A DNA stretch of 64,000 nucleotides from assembly GCA_012295275.1 (NCBI GenBank), contig CM022670.1, positions 18,476,001-18,540,000 of the forward strand, written 5' to 3'. The notes beneath the pieces are model-generated. The model saw only the letters and a program-made list of their open reading frames with translations, was not told the DNA's origin and searched no databases. A program made the translations under genes and the position numbers. Of the stretch, positions 35,904 to 50,258 are shown one piece after another; position 1 is the first letter of the stretch; each line of letters starts with the position of its first letter. The stretch is from Chrysomallon squamiferum (Eukaryota; Animalia; Mollusca).

Positions 35904-37977
35904 TTAACAACAACAATAGTAGAACAAGAAGGTTTAGCAGTGGTAGTGGTAATGATAATGACAAAGCGGTTATAATCATGGTAATTACCACGAAAATGAT
36001 AATAATGATGATAATGATAATGAAAACGATAATGCAGTGACGATGAAGATTAATATGACAACAGTTTTAAAAACTTACTACTGTTTTGTTTATTGTTCAA
36101 ACTGTTAACGTAAAAGGGCAAAATATTTTCATAAGTAGAAAAATATTACAGCATGAAAGCTTATTTTATTTATATGAAGATACATATACATACAGATAGA
36201 GAGAGAGAGAAACCCCAAATAATAATAATAATTTTAATCAATAAGCTTTTATTAAATTCTTACATCAACGTTGTTTTTGCTTGTTTTGTATGATGGGGGA
36301 CACAGGAAAGACAGAAAGACAGAAAGAAAGAAAGAAAGAAATAACTCAAAACTATAGGAAGTATATTTTAAATATGCCTAATAGATGTTCTTTAATCTGT
36401 CTACTTTAATAATAAAACAGTAAATATTCCGAATGCCAGAGACGGCTATCTTTTTACACCCGTTAAAATTACTTCATTTTAAGATCGGTGGACACGGCCG
36501 TTATCTGCAATCTTTCGTATCACATGAATGTTGATGGTCCACGCCCGCTGCACACGGTACACATCCCAGCCATTATGGCATTTAAACTTTGCACTTACTT
36601 CAAATCCACCTCACTCTATAAACTTATCCTGTTTCAATTTAGCCTGTAATTCTGGTCCGCCGAGATGTCATTTTAAACCCGCTCCTAAAGTGGTCCACTT
36701 CTTCTCGTAGAAGGTTGTTGATGAAGATGAAACGTCTTTATAATATCCTTTTGTGAAAAGAGATAAATCTTATTTTGACTTGTTTTTATTTATTATTATT
36801 TTCTTTAAAGAAAAAAAATATATATGTAACAGCAACATGATAGAGTTTAGAGTTTATAGGGCGAGCTCTACAGATTCAATCGTGGTACATCACACCTTTT
36901 CGAGGAAGATGATATTTGCGATTAAGGTGTGTTTTGAAAGGTTGGTAATATGCCCCATGCTAGCTGAAAGACGGGAGCAGACCTCTTCATTTGTCATTAC
37001 AGACTTGTCAAATAATGCAACGGAAATGATGTTAACAATTAACAATATAATGTGTTATAATAGACACTCTAAAGTTACATATAATTGAGCTTGGATGGTG
37101 TTACATTGTCAAACAAACAGAGTGTTGGTTTGCACCTTGATTTTTGTGTTAAATTATTAAACGTCACGGATGTCTGCCTTCTTTCTAGCTTTTATTCTTT
37201 CTTTCTGTATGTCTTTTTATTTTTACACTTCTCTCTCTCTTTTTTTTTTTTTTTTTTATTATTATTATTTTTTTTTTTTTTTGCTCTCTGAATCTGTTTT
37301 ATCTTTTAAAACTCTAAAAGCGTTTGGCTGTTCCTCGTTCAAAACTTAGTACTATATTTTCTATCTATCTCTATCTATCAATCTATCTGTCTATCTATAT
37401 CTGTCTATCTATCTGTCTATATAAACACACACAGTCACACAGAGATACATACACTTGCTCCCTTTCCTTCCTTCTCTGTTATCGTTATCTCCGAGTGTTT
37501 GTTGATTTAAGTAAACCTTAACAGGTAAAGCCAAATGAATTCTGTGAAAGTCTTTATTTTGATGAATGTTCGGACTCGATTGGTATTATTGGCAGTAACA
37601 GTGCCAAGCTGCCTATAGTCATCAAAAATACTTCACTCGTTTCAATAATAAAACACTGTCGTGAACTAGTTAACATACTTAAATTTTCAATTTTGGAAAC
37701 GTACATTGTAAAAAACATGCCTAATTAAGAATAATTATCTTAATAATGATTTCATGATTCTAAATAGATAAGTGATTTAGAAAAATCTGAAATAAAATGA
37801 CTATTAGTTTAATCATATCTCAGGCTTTTTCAAAGTATTAATAATTAGATGTTAATCATACACTGCGTTTTGTTTTAGTAAAATCTAAGAAAAGATTCTT
37901 TCTGCTGATTATTAACTCTGTATATTTTGTATATTTGATAGACTTGTCGAGGTACACACGACTGGTAAAAGACGTAT

Positions 37978-38399
37978 GATAACCAGTCAAAACATCAGCA
38001 CACACTAACAGTTATACGTAAATGTGGATCATCATTAATTGTTATTTTCTCATAGTTTTCATTTCACAGTGCTGCTAAAAATTAATGTTAATGCTAAGTA
38101 ATAAATGTATATATTTTTACATATTTGTTTCCTTTCTGAAAGCTTCTTTTTCAAAAAGAGACAACAGCTTGTGAGACAACAGCTTGAAACAATATGTAGA
38201 CTTTCATTAACGTAAGAATTCTTAAGACAACAGGGACAGCTCTTCAAACTCTGGGACGATTACATTTCAGAAGAAAATAATCGAAACAGCCTTCGAGAAA
38301 ATGTGCGCATCTACAGGATCTCTTTGGAATGGGGACGTTTTGGCCGAGGTACGTTTTGGCTGAAGTATTTTGGCTGGGAGACGTTTTTGACTGGTACCC
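37978..38399. mobile_element. Probable non-autonomous DNA transposon with about 15-bp subterminal tandem repeats
   Basis: Right end has four GGGACGTTTTGGC-like units (38330-38399) ending GACTGGTACCC; its reverse complement GGGTACCAGTCAAAAACGTC resembles GATAACCAGTCAAAACATC at 37978; no clear TSD. Confidence 0.6.
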
Positions 38400-39312
38400 C
38401 AACATGCCACTGAACGGCAGTCAAAGAGGTTTGAATCGAAATCATGTCTTATTTCAAAATATTCCCAAAAGTTATATATATATAAAAAAAAAAAAAAAAA
38501 AAATGTTACAAAAATGTAAAAAATGCTTTAAAGTTAAACATCTATCTTTCATTTTGTATTAACTTTCTAACTGCTAATCAACAGTTCTACATGAAAACTA
38601 CAGAATCGGCCATGTACAAGTATTCACACTCACCCATCTGGAACTATCAGCCTGAACTGACTGAGCCTGAACTATTAATCAAGTGTGATCCGCGGGTCAC
38701 AGGTACGAAGCGTGTGTCAAAGATTGCCTTTGACCCGGCACCAGTCGATTGTTAGTGCTAAATGAACCTAGGCTGTTGTAATCTGGTGGCAAGAAAACGA
38801 ATAACTCCATTGTCGTAAAATCACGGCTGCAGGAAATCTCGGCGTCTACTATACTACTTACTGAATTTATCTTAGGAAGGAATCCAAAAACACTTTTCAC
38901 TTTATGGGACGGTCTGTGTATGCCTCGGCCGGACATTTTCCAAGTGTTTTAAGTTCGCAGTCCTTTTTCTGTTTTCCCGATACAACAAAATCATTGTGTT
39001 TCGCAATGCTGGAGAAATGAATTTGCTTTTAAATTATAAGCATTTCTGCTGAAATAGAGTCACTTTATTTTCTTCTTTCTAGTTATAATTATCATAATAA
39101 AATTCATTTAATAATCGTTGTTTAAAAAATATGTTTAAGTTTTGTTGAATAAATGTACATAAATTCCTTAAATCCTGGCCATCTAAAAATTATTTTTTCA
39201 GTTCGTAGTATGCTAAGTGTAAATTAAAGGCCTAAAATCTGCAACGTTTTGATTTGATTCATAACTGGTAGTTTTAAGTTGATTTAATCTATCCTCTTCT
39301 TCTTAATTTTTT

Positions 39313-39375
<63 letters not shown>

Positions 39376-40653
39376 TTTTTGAAAAATATTTTAAACAAAC
39401 AAGAAAACAGTATTTTTTTAAAAAGTGTATTGTCGTTCAGAGCGGGTCAATCTCCAAACAACAATTCTTGACATTCCGTTATGATTCAAAGCAGAAACTA
39501 CAATGTGTTAAACACGTGACCCAGACGCATATTACCACATACCTTGTTCATTTCCTAAAACAAATTACGAAAATAAAAGAAAAAGATAAGAAAAAAAAAA
39601 AAAAAAAAAAAAAAAACATTAAAAAATTCAAAATTAGCATGCACGGAAAAATTCATTTCATTTGACAATATGGATGCCGACTGCCTACCACCACTGACAA
39701 ATTCGGGCTGATGCTATTTTACGGGCGACGGCACAACCCCATCACATCATGTCAAAACGTCGCAGCGGTCGTCAACGTCATTCTGTTATGGAATGGAATT
39801 AGGCGGCTCTCGTCTGACGGGGCCAGTCACAATAGGTTTGTGGAACGATGACAATGCCGGCTATGCTGGTGCCACGATTTATCAAAATTCTTCGCGGAAG
39901 AAATCCCCAGAGGTAGACTTCCCATGTCACAACCAATCCGCGGAGGTAATGCGTCTGGCGCCAATTTTCGCTGACCCGTTTGGCACGCGCGACTCTCGAG
40001 CATTAAGTTTCCTGCGAGGCATGTAAATTTGCTTGTATGGTTACGTCACTAAACAAATGCAGGTGTTATGCCTTTTATGAGATCTGTAGATCACGGAACT
40101 CGACTGACTGTTGTTGGTAAGGTAAAATACTGGAGGTTCCCCCGTAAAGAGACACCTGTGGGAAACAAACGTTTCCATAAGCACGACCGATAGCATTAAA
40201 CAGCTGCAGGTGAACCGCATATCACTGATGTAGCGCTCAGTTAAATGATTTTGTGTCTAGAGGATATTTATTTACTTATTTATTTACTTATTTATTTATT
40301 TTTACTATATCTTGTATTTCTTGGTGTTTACTTTTACTAGAGCTTGGTTTTATCTGTATTATTGATAAAGTTTTTAACAAATGTTTATTCTGAGTTTGTA
40401 CGTGTCCGTCTTGGTGGGACATTATGTGTACTCTTTTTATGCTTGTATACTTACTGTATGAGTGTCCGCGAGTATTTCACTGTTTCTTAATGAAGCAGCA
40501 TGCATTACAAACAACATAGTACTATAAATAGTAAATCATAAATTATTATTAACTGTATCTGATATACAAGCAGTTGTAAGATTTCGTTATGTCGAACACA
40601 TTATTATTATTATTACCGTTGTTGTTATTTTGTTATTATTTACTGATTTTGTT

Positions 40654-40685
<32 letters not shown>

Positions 40686-41927
40686 TTGGTGGATTATGCG
40701 AGTATGAATGAAAAAAAAAAACAATTTTTTTATTCACTATGCTACCTATTCATTAGGAATATATAGTCACTAAATGCATAAGAACGATAAATACATATAG
40801 CTTCACAGTTATATCACTATCTTTATTATTCCAAAAAAGAAATAATTATTTATTCTGACGGTATTTATTTTTTTAATACAGCCCAGCATAGACCTACAAG
40901 AATATTTGATATTCTTTTAGTCGTTTTTTTGTTTTTTTTTTTTTGCAAATACCTTTGCTTGAAAAAAGTAAATTTTATATCAAGAATGACTTGTCAAAAC
41001 AAACTCAGACTAACAAGAATTACTTTGTATTAAGTATACACATCTAACAGCACTTCAAAACGAGGAAAATTGTAAACCAGTCTTCATATCCGCTAACATA
41101 TGGTTTTACTAATAGCTTAAACGTTATCTAATTACGTATATGTTGTATGTAAACATTAAATCATCACAGGAAACTATTTGTGATGTTACGCATGATTATG
41201 AGATTTAGGAAACAGCCATACACAGAGATTACCACAGTAATAGTCAGTGAATGTTTATCTGTCTCTTCGCTTCAACAACCATTAATCATGGCGGGCTGTT
41301 TTGCATAGACTGATCTCTGTTAATTAATTACGCTCGTCATATGACCAGTCTGTCTTCAGAATAGTCTTGATGAACAAGTACTTGTGTCAGAACTTAGAAC
41401 GTGTACAGATTGGTTTGTTCTACCAACATTAATTTTCAGCAAAGATGATTCACTTTTCTGAGGAAAACCATCTTTCAGAATTACTAAAATATCTATAAAT
41501 TTCTTCTTTTGAAGTATTATGGTAAAACTGAAACGGCATAGTGTGCGATTTTAACAGTTTATGCAAACAGCTGTCGCGATCTTTAACAGAATTAGTGTCT
41601 TTATACCTGTTCAACAAAAAGCATAATATAATAATGCCTACGGGTATCCATTTTAGAGATCCATTACGAGAAGTGGATTGACTTTGTATATTATATTTCA
41701 TCATTGAGAAAGAGATCACAGCTACATTTATGTTTTCATTCCCAAGAGAACAGCAAATAATTCCAAAGAATAAAAATATGAATGTATCGAACAAAAGACA
41801 TTGATCTATTAATGCAAAATAATTGTATTCCACGAAACAGAATATCAGTTGTATTGCATTTGTCTTTTCAGTGAAATATAATATTATCTGTCTGTGTTTC
41901 TGCATCTCCCTGATTCTATCCCCATCC

Positions 41928-41929
<2 letters not shown>

Positions 41930-41977
<48 letters not shown>
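41930..41977. repeat. (TC)n microsatellite
   Basis: Direct reading. Confidence 0.95.
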
Positions 41978-41981
<4 letters not shown>

Positions 41982-43186
41982 GTCTAACTTTTAATACTAA
42001 AATAAATATGGGTCTCTGATACGATCTTCTTCACCAGAGGCGAAGCTCATGTTTTATTTATGCACCGATCATGACGATTCAGCGGAACTAATTCTCTGGC
42101 CATCAGTCTAATACACTGTTCACCAGTCTAATCGGTTTGGGATGGCCTCAGGTGGACTGCTGGCTTGTGTCATTTTCCGCTGCGCGACTTCTCCCAGGGC
42201 TAACTCCAGTCAATATTTCCGAGTCATTGATTCCCTAACATGGCAACCCCCTGCCCTGGTATTCCCTAGGGGCTCGAGGGGTCAACCCAAACCGATACAT
42301 TATGAAGTCTTCAACTAGGATCGATCTTGACGGAGCGGCAAAATTGTATACGAAAATTGTTGCCATGGCGGCGAAGTTTCAAAGACTTTATGATGTTTCT
42401 TCACAATCCAGCGAGTGTTCATTAGTCTGCGAAATGGACGAAGATATATTATTAAAATGTCTGAGTTGTTTCTCGCCCTTAATCACTGTAAAGAAAATGT
42501 GTTGGATGTCTCTGTTAAATGAGACAGCGCCCTGAAAAGTTTCAGCTGTAAAGTGCCGGCTGTTAGTTAATGAGGAATAAAATATGAGATACAAACGTAA
42601 AAGAAATAGTAACTTTAGTGATGTTCCTGTTACGACTTCTACTTCTACTGCTGCTATTACTACTACTATACCAACAATTACAGATACTACTACTACTACC
42701 ACTACTACTCTACTAATATAACTACCACTGTTACAATATTACTACCACTGCCACTACTACTACTATTATTACTAACTGTTACTACTTCTAGTTACCACTA
42801 ATGATAATAATAATAATGACAACAAGAGCAACAAGAGCAAAAACAAGAAGAAGAAGAAGAACAACAACAACAACAACAACAATAATAATAATAATAAAAT
42901 AACCATCAAATAGTTTTTTACATTACATTTTACAAACAAATTGGTATGCACTGCGGTACATTACTTGTTGAAATAAAGAGAGAAAAGAAAACAATCCATA
43001 ATTCATTAATTTTGTCACAGACTGTGACATACTATGGATTCCTCATTAAATAAAAAACATTGAATAACGTATAAAATAGCTGTAAGAATCTTCTAATTAT
43101 TTAAAAAACAAAACGATAAAAGAAGTACTAATGTATATAACTCTTTTCCTAACATTGAAAATATTATAATAATAATATTAAAATAA

Positions 43187-43237
<51 letters not shown>

Positions 43238-46133
43238 GTTATTCCTATTGTCGTTATAATTATAATAATAATAATAATTTTTATATACAAAAAAATATGT
43301 AAAAAATATTTCATGTTATAAATAACAAAAATGGAGTTATGAAATATTAAATTATTATTTTCAACGCTCAAACGACAACATTAGTCCGTCCAATAAATAT
43401 ATATACCACAGCAGCTGTAGATTAACATCAAACCAATAATTAACACAGATAAACAAATAAAAAGAAACAAAATTATGAAAAGAAAGCTAATAAATAAAAT
43501 TATTTTGAAAAAATTAATACAAATATTGGACCGTCACTCAAATAATAAGTAATTTAAAATAAGATTTAGTACATTAACAAAGACATAAACTGAGGCAGAC
43601 GGATACACACACATATCTACACGCGTATGCATAAATAATTAAAAAAATAAACGAAAACAAGAAGATAAACAGGAGAAGAACTATAAAGGCAATAACTGCA
43701 AACAGTCATATAAATAGTAAGTGTAAGCAACGTGAAAATTTAAAAACGAAGACCACCAACAAAGTTTTGAAGAAAAAAAAAATAAAAAAAAAAAATTGTG
43801 GCTTCAGCTTTAAAATTCAAGAATACAATCGTCTGAAGCCTAATATAAAATTGTTATAAAGCAGCGTTTGAAATGCTTCGATATTTATCAGTTGTTACGA
43901 GTCTGTAATCTACACCCACACGGGCAGGGAGGTTTGATCAACGGTTTGAAACTGGAGATTGCTCGATCGAAACGTCTGAAGTTGCTAGAAACCATTTAAC
44001 GTAACAGCTGTCTTTTAACGTTTGCAGTTTGTGTAGTGTACAGGTGCGAGTACCAGTTAATATTTAAAGAATGAATTTGTATAAAATAAAATTAAAAAAT
44101 TATATAACCTTTAGTGAAATGTCGAAACTGAAAAACAGTTTGTATTATTAAATTAAATCAATTTTTAGAATACTGAGAGTAACTGTGAGAAATATGTAAG
44201 TAAAATAATAAATATATGTATATTAATCAAACTGAATTACATTATATTACACATACACACACGCGCACACACACACATACACGCACACATGTGTTTGTGT
44301 AATAATTAATAAAAATAAAAATAAATAAATAAATAAATATCATTACCATGATCTAATAATAATAATTATTATTTTTATCAACATAATTAAGACGATCATT
44401 ATAGATGGTATATAAATAATAAGAATATATATTTTTTGTATTGGTATAGTGATGGTATTCATGAATAAGATACTCATCGTAGTCTTTGGCAAGCCTTTCT
44501 TTACAAACTTTGACTCCAGCAAAATTAATGTCACCCATCATCCAAGATGATGTTTCTTGAAAGCTCGTGGGATTTCATCACCTCTAAACGTTCTCAGGCT
44601 TCTTATTGTGACGTCATTTCAAATTCGGGTGACGGGGAGATTGTGATCGCTTGTCTGGTTCGCTTGACACGCGGCCATGACGCCAACTTCAAACTTGATT
44701 GGAAGCTAAATTTTGCAAGTTACAACCTTGAAATTAGGTTTCCACGAGAAATTAATAGACTCCCTCGTTATCGAGAGGTTTTATCTGCAAAATTTCAAGA
44801 CACCAATATCTTTCGCGACGGCCCTCGAATTCTCTGACTCTCAATTATGTATACTTGAAACCAATTACTAATTCGGTAGGCGTTTACTTCGCCTGTCTTT
44901 TCAAGTTGGCAATTTTCCAGTCGGAGAACTTGAATTTAATCTTTATGAAATCACACTAAGGAGACGCACCAGCGCGCATGAATCGTGGTTGGGGGTCGGC
45001 GCCGGCTGTCAAATGATCAAATGGGTGGACCGTTCTCGTAATAGGGTATTCTCCAGGTCGGGTAGCTGAACAAAAGGTTCTGACGATCAGTAGACGTTTA
45101 TTGGCAAATTAGATCTTGATCTGCTGGAATATAAACGAAGAGAATGGCGTGTGTTTGGTGATTTGTTTCTTTTCAGGCATATTGAAGAAATGTTAAAAAA
45201 AAAAAAAACCAAAACATGTGAGTGAGACTTAAAGTTTTATTAGTTCGGATTTTATACTAGAAGTACTTTTAAAAACTATAAAATAACAAAAATAACAACA
45301 ATAATAATAAGAAGAGGAAGACAAACACATTTGTAATAGTAATAACAATAAATAATAACAACAACAATAATAATAATAATAATAATGATATCACTACTGT
45401 AATATTAGTAGTAGTATTAGTTTTACAATTAGTATTAGAAATAATAGTAGTAGTAACAGCTATATGAATGGTTGTAGTAGTAGTATTAGCAGTTATAGTT
45501 TAAAAAGTCTTTAATAGTAGTGGCAAAAATATAAATAATTTTTATGGTAGAGGCAAAATTTCGAAGTCAGGGTTGTCGCTGTCGAAATATTAGTAACAAT
45601 AGTTTTAATATAGTAGTAGTAAAAAATAAAAAGATAAAAAAGAGATGCAAAACACAACTTCCCCCAAAAACCCACTATCAACAATGAAATAGCAAGCAAA
45701 GACTCCTAAAGGCAATGGACAACCAACCACCTCCTCCATCAAACAAAACAACCAGAACAAGACAGAAAAATGAATTTGTTATAATTATATACGTAATTCT
45801 TTTCTATTTTATTACATTGGAGGATTTTCCCTTAATAACATTTTCTTTCCACTTTACCGTGGTTTTCTCTAAACTGATACAGATGTTAATAAATTGGAAG
45901 AATGAACCCGGAGAGTCGTCAAAGGTTTCTATATCAAGTTCAGGCAGAGTTTAATAATTAAGGAAGTATGTAAATAAGTAAGAAAGTATGTTGGTAACGC
46001 ACGACTGAATAAAGAATGGTCGTCTGAAACATAAAAATGAAAACAGAATATCAAAATTAACGTCTTTATTTTTAACTATTTCTATTCCTCCGAGACATTA
46101 TGTGCATGCATACATATGCATGTGTGTGTGTGT

Positions 46134-46202
<69 letters not shown>

Positions 46203-46632
46203 TGTATTATAAAGCTTGTATCTTTCAGATGGTAAAAAAACAAGAAAAGAAGAAAACAAAAAAACAACCACAGATTATTTCCGGTTTCCAAAGCGGTTAA
46301 TGAGGAAGCAGCGGCATTCCCTTCACTTCCCTGCATTTCTGTCTCGACCCGCCACTGTCGAACACACTTTGAATTAAATCTGTGTTTGATTTTGCACGAT
46401 GATCAACGTGCACACCTGCAAAAATAATTATGCATTGTTAGACAGATATGTTCTAATTTAGCACTTCGCACTAATCCTCTTCGGCTTTTTCCCCCCCCCC
46501 TTTCTATTTTCCTCCATTTCTCAGGGAGCATTCCGGTCGTGTCTGTTTCAGCAGAAGCACATGTTGTCCCCCACTGAGAGGACTGCCATAACTCAACATC
46601 TTTCAACACTTGCCACAAAATGTGCTTCGAAA

Positions 46633-47038
46633 CACCCGCCATATTGGATACAAATGTTACTGGTATTTAAAATAGCTCGTGCAAACCGGAAAGAGCCGAT
46701 ACATCATTAATATCAAACTATTACTTCTGAAACACCCTCTTTCTTTTTTCCACTCGTCTTTTACTGGTCAAAATGTAATAAAAACAGAGAATAAACCCAT
46801 TTTAAAATGTTTTTATTATGATTACTTTTTCTAATATACGTCGTAGTTATATTAATAACATAAGCGAGAAATCTTCCTGTTAAAGTCACTTGGTTCAGTT
46901 TCTAATGGTTTGTTACTTGCTATTTAAAATGTTCTAATTCTTCTGGAAAATAACGTACTAATAATGTAGCAGTAATAATATAGCCGACAAAAAGTAATAA
47001 AAATACTTATTTTACCTTCACATAGAAAAAACAAACAG

Positions 47039-47075
<37 letters not shown>

Positions 47076-48288
47076 CAACAACAACAACAACAAAATAAGT
47101 AAATTAATTAATTCTCTGACAATTAATCAGTTCATACAAATGTAATGATAAATATAAGTAAGCATGTGAAAATTATTATGAAAATATTCTGACTATATTT
47201 AAGATAAATAAACTACATTCAAAATAAATACTATAAGTATCCAGCGATTGTTAAAATGACATAATAAGAACACAAAAATTTAATTAGACAAAATTTGTTC
47301 GCATCTAAAAGAAGCAAAACTTTAAATTATTTAAATATAAGATGAACCCAAAGAGTTGTTGTGTAATTGCTACAGGCAAGCATAAAACTAATTCTACTGT
47401 TGTAAAATCATGGTTAAAACATTAGCGTCCACCATCCTACTTAGTGCATTTATTTTAGGAATTAATCAAACAGAACTTTTCACTTTATGGGGGAGATAAA
47501 ATAAGTAAATAAATGAATATTTTAAAAATGAAAACTCTTTAAAATTCATAATTATGTACCTGGGTCGATTTTTCTTAGTGGTAATCTTAGTGGTTTTGTT
47601 CTGTACTTTTCTGGAATAGATTAGGTTATAAAATATCAACATAGGTTATCATCTTTTTCTTTCTGTTTACAATATATCATTAGCTTAACACGAAAACTAT
47701 TAATTTAAAATGTCTTATAGACGTCAGTAAACATATGTTTATAATATAAATAAAAAAAAAATAATTAAAAAAAGGGATAAATTTAAATAGCGTTTCATAC
47801 ATTAAACAAAAATAAAAACTGCTATAAACAGTAACAAAACTGATATAAAACTTTCTGTGTTCTCGTTAAGAGTTATATGGTTCATATTAATACATTATTA
47901 TTTTTTATTTATAACGTGTAACTGCCTTCTTGTGTATTTTAATAATAAAACAATGTTTGTTCGTTTATTATAATGTTAAAAAACAACAACAAAACAACAA
48001 ACAACTATTGTGCTTTAGTGCTATTGTTTATTCATTCATTATAATAATAATTTTTTTAAAAATAATAATTATAAAAATGAAATGAAACAAAATAAATAAA
48101 TAAATAATAAAATAAAATAAAATAAATAAGTAAATAATTTAATATAACATCTTTCAGCACCCGCCAAACTGGATACAGATGTTACTAGTATTTAAAATAG
48201 CTCGTGCAAACCGGAAAGAACCAAATATTAAATTTTGTTACATCTTCTCTTTCTTTTTTAATCTTCACATTTTCGGGTCAAAATTTGT
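46633..48288 (+). repeat. Dispersed direct repeat, copies at about 46633-46776 and 48158-48288
   Basis: Shared CACCCGCCA...TGGATACA.ATGTTACT.GTATTTAAAATAGCTCGTGCAAACCGGAAAGA core, with weaker similarity out to GGTCAAAAT. Confidence 0.9.
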
Positions 48289-49111
48289 ACGTATGTAGGT
48301 AAGGTGTTTATATACTCACATACACACACACATACAAACATAAATATATAATTATATGACAACAGAAACAAATTATTATATTTAAAATGTTAACTGAAAA
48401 TGGAATGCAGCTGAATATATCACAAGATGAAATGTAAAAATCTCAGCTAAAAATGTAAAAATTCCATTCCATAATATAATATATAAATATTTAATAAACT
48501 AGTTTATATAAGACAGTTCTGTGGACAGTTAATTAGCGAGCGGTTTCTTTGGGTAGTTCCGTCTTTTCAGCCAGGTTCACAATCAAATCATAACGTTAAT
48601 AGCCCAGATACAACTCCTAAAGCAAACTGACAAAGTCCCGCCATCTTTCTGCCCTCGGGCGTTGCTGTGCGCATGTCCGGCTTCTGACACTGGCTTCCTG
48701 TCTGTTTCATGCTTCCATTTGCCTGTCAAACGGATAACATAGGATATTCCATTTCCGCCATCTGCGACAAAAACATTTTTTTTTTTTTTCTTATTAACAC
48801 GGAAATAATGCCTTCGAGGTCTTTGTGCTAATCTGTCTACTATAATAATAGAAAGTAATTTATTTAATAACTCACTGCTAAATTGAAAAAAAAAAAAAAA
48901 AAAAATAGAAGAAAGAAAAGGAACATGAACAAAACATCGGGCTTTGTTATTTTTAAAGAAAGGGTTGCACGCGTCTTCAAAGTAACTACATAAACCTATT
49001 TCAAAAGCACTTGATATGAGCATCTTAGAGAAGTAAAAGACAGCAAAATTATACACGGAAATATGTCAAATAAAATAAAATAATAATAACAAAAATAAAT
49101 ATATAAATAAA

Positions 49112-49168
<57 letters not shown>

Positions 49169-49729
49169 TAAAAATAAATGAAAATAATTTTAAAATAGAG
49201 TGTCGCTTTTGGCTGCAATAGAAAAAAATTATCTCTGTCTCTAAATAAATAAATAAATAAATGAAAAATAAATGAAAAAAAATGTCGCTTGGCAGCAAGA
49301 AAAAAAAAAATCCTCTCTCTAAGACAAACACGGATTAAAAAAAAAAAAAAGAAAATAAACATCAACTGTCAGAAAAATGAAATGATAGTAAATGTTAAAA
49401 GCAAAAGTACCTGAAAGAGAAAATCGATAGAAGCTTGTCGCTTCTCATTGATGATAATGGCGGCGGCATGGTGTCACGTGACTGGCAATGCGAACCATGT
49501 TAACAGTGTCACCTGTTTTAACACATACTGTTGTGTTTTGAGAGAAAGTTTGGGCGGTCTAGTCGCGCCCTACAGCAGTCAGAGACACACGATCCTTTCC
49601 TTCGTTTGTTGTCTTTGTCATTTCCTAAATTTGTTTTCCCAGCCACTTAGCGAATCAGGTTTTCAAAGTACGTTAGTTTTTGTGAAATTCAAGAATTTTC
49701 TTTCTATTTTTTTATTTTTTTATTTTTTT

Positions 49730-49763
<34 letters not shown>

Positions 49764-50191
49764 CAGTGTTGTAATAATTGCCGTTATCTTAATTGTAGGT
49801 CAAGAGGAGAATATGACATTGTAACAGAGTATTAAATGCATTTTGACAACATTGTTGCCGTAAATCAGTGTTCGCTTTCCCATATATAGCTATGATACAA
49901 AATGTACTCTGTTGTACAGTTCTGATGAATATTTTTCAGTATTTGTATTTATGAAATGTATTACTGAAGACTTCTTTATTTTGGAAGGAAAATATTTAAA
50001 CAGTTACTTGTCACTCATTCTAATACAATTTAATAGATTCCTTTTTTTAAATCATCTATCAATAAATGAAACTTACTGAAGTTTTAATACAACCATTTGC
50101 AAGCTTGTTACTAATTAAGTCTATTAATAATTTTTTTATTGTTTTCTTTCTTTGATAACAAGAGTTATTTAAGGCAGAAATGCTAAATTAT

Positions 50192-50196
<5 letters not shown>

Positions 50197-50256
<60 letters not shown>
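50197..50256. repeat. (AG)n microsatellite
   Basis: Direct reading. Confidence 0.95.
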
Positions 50257-50258
<2 letters not shown>

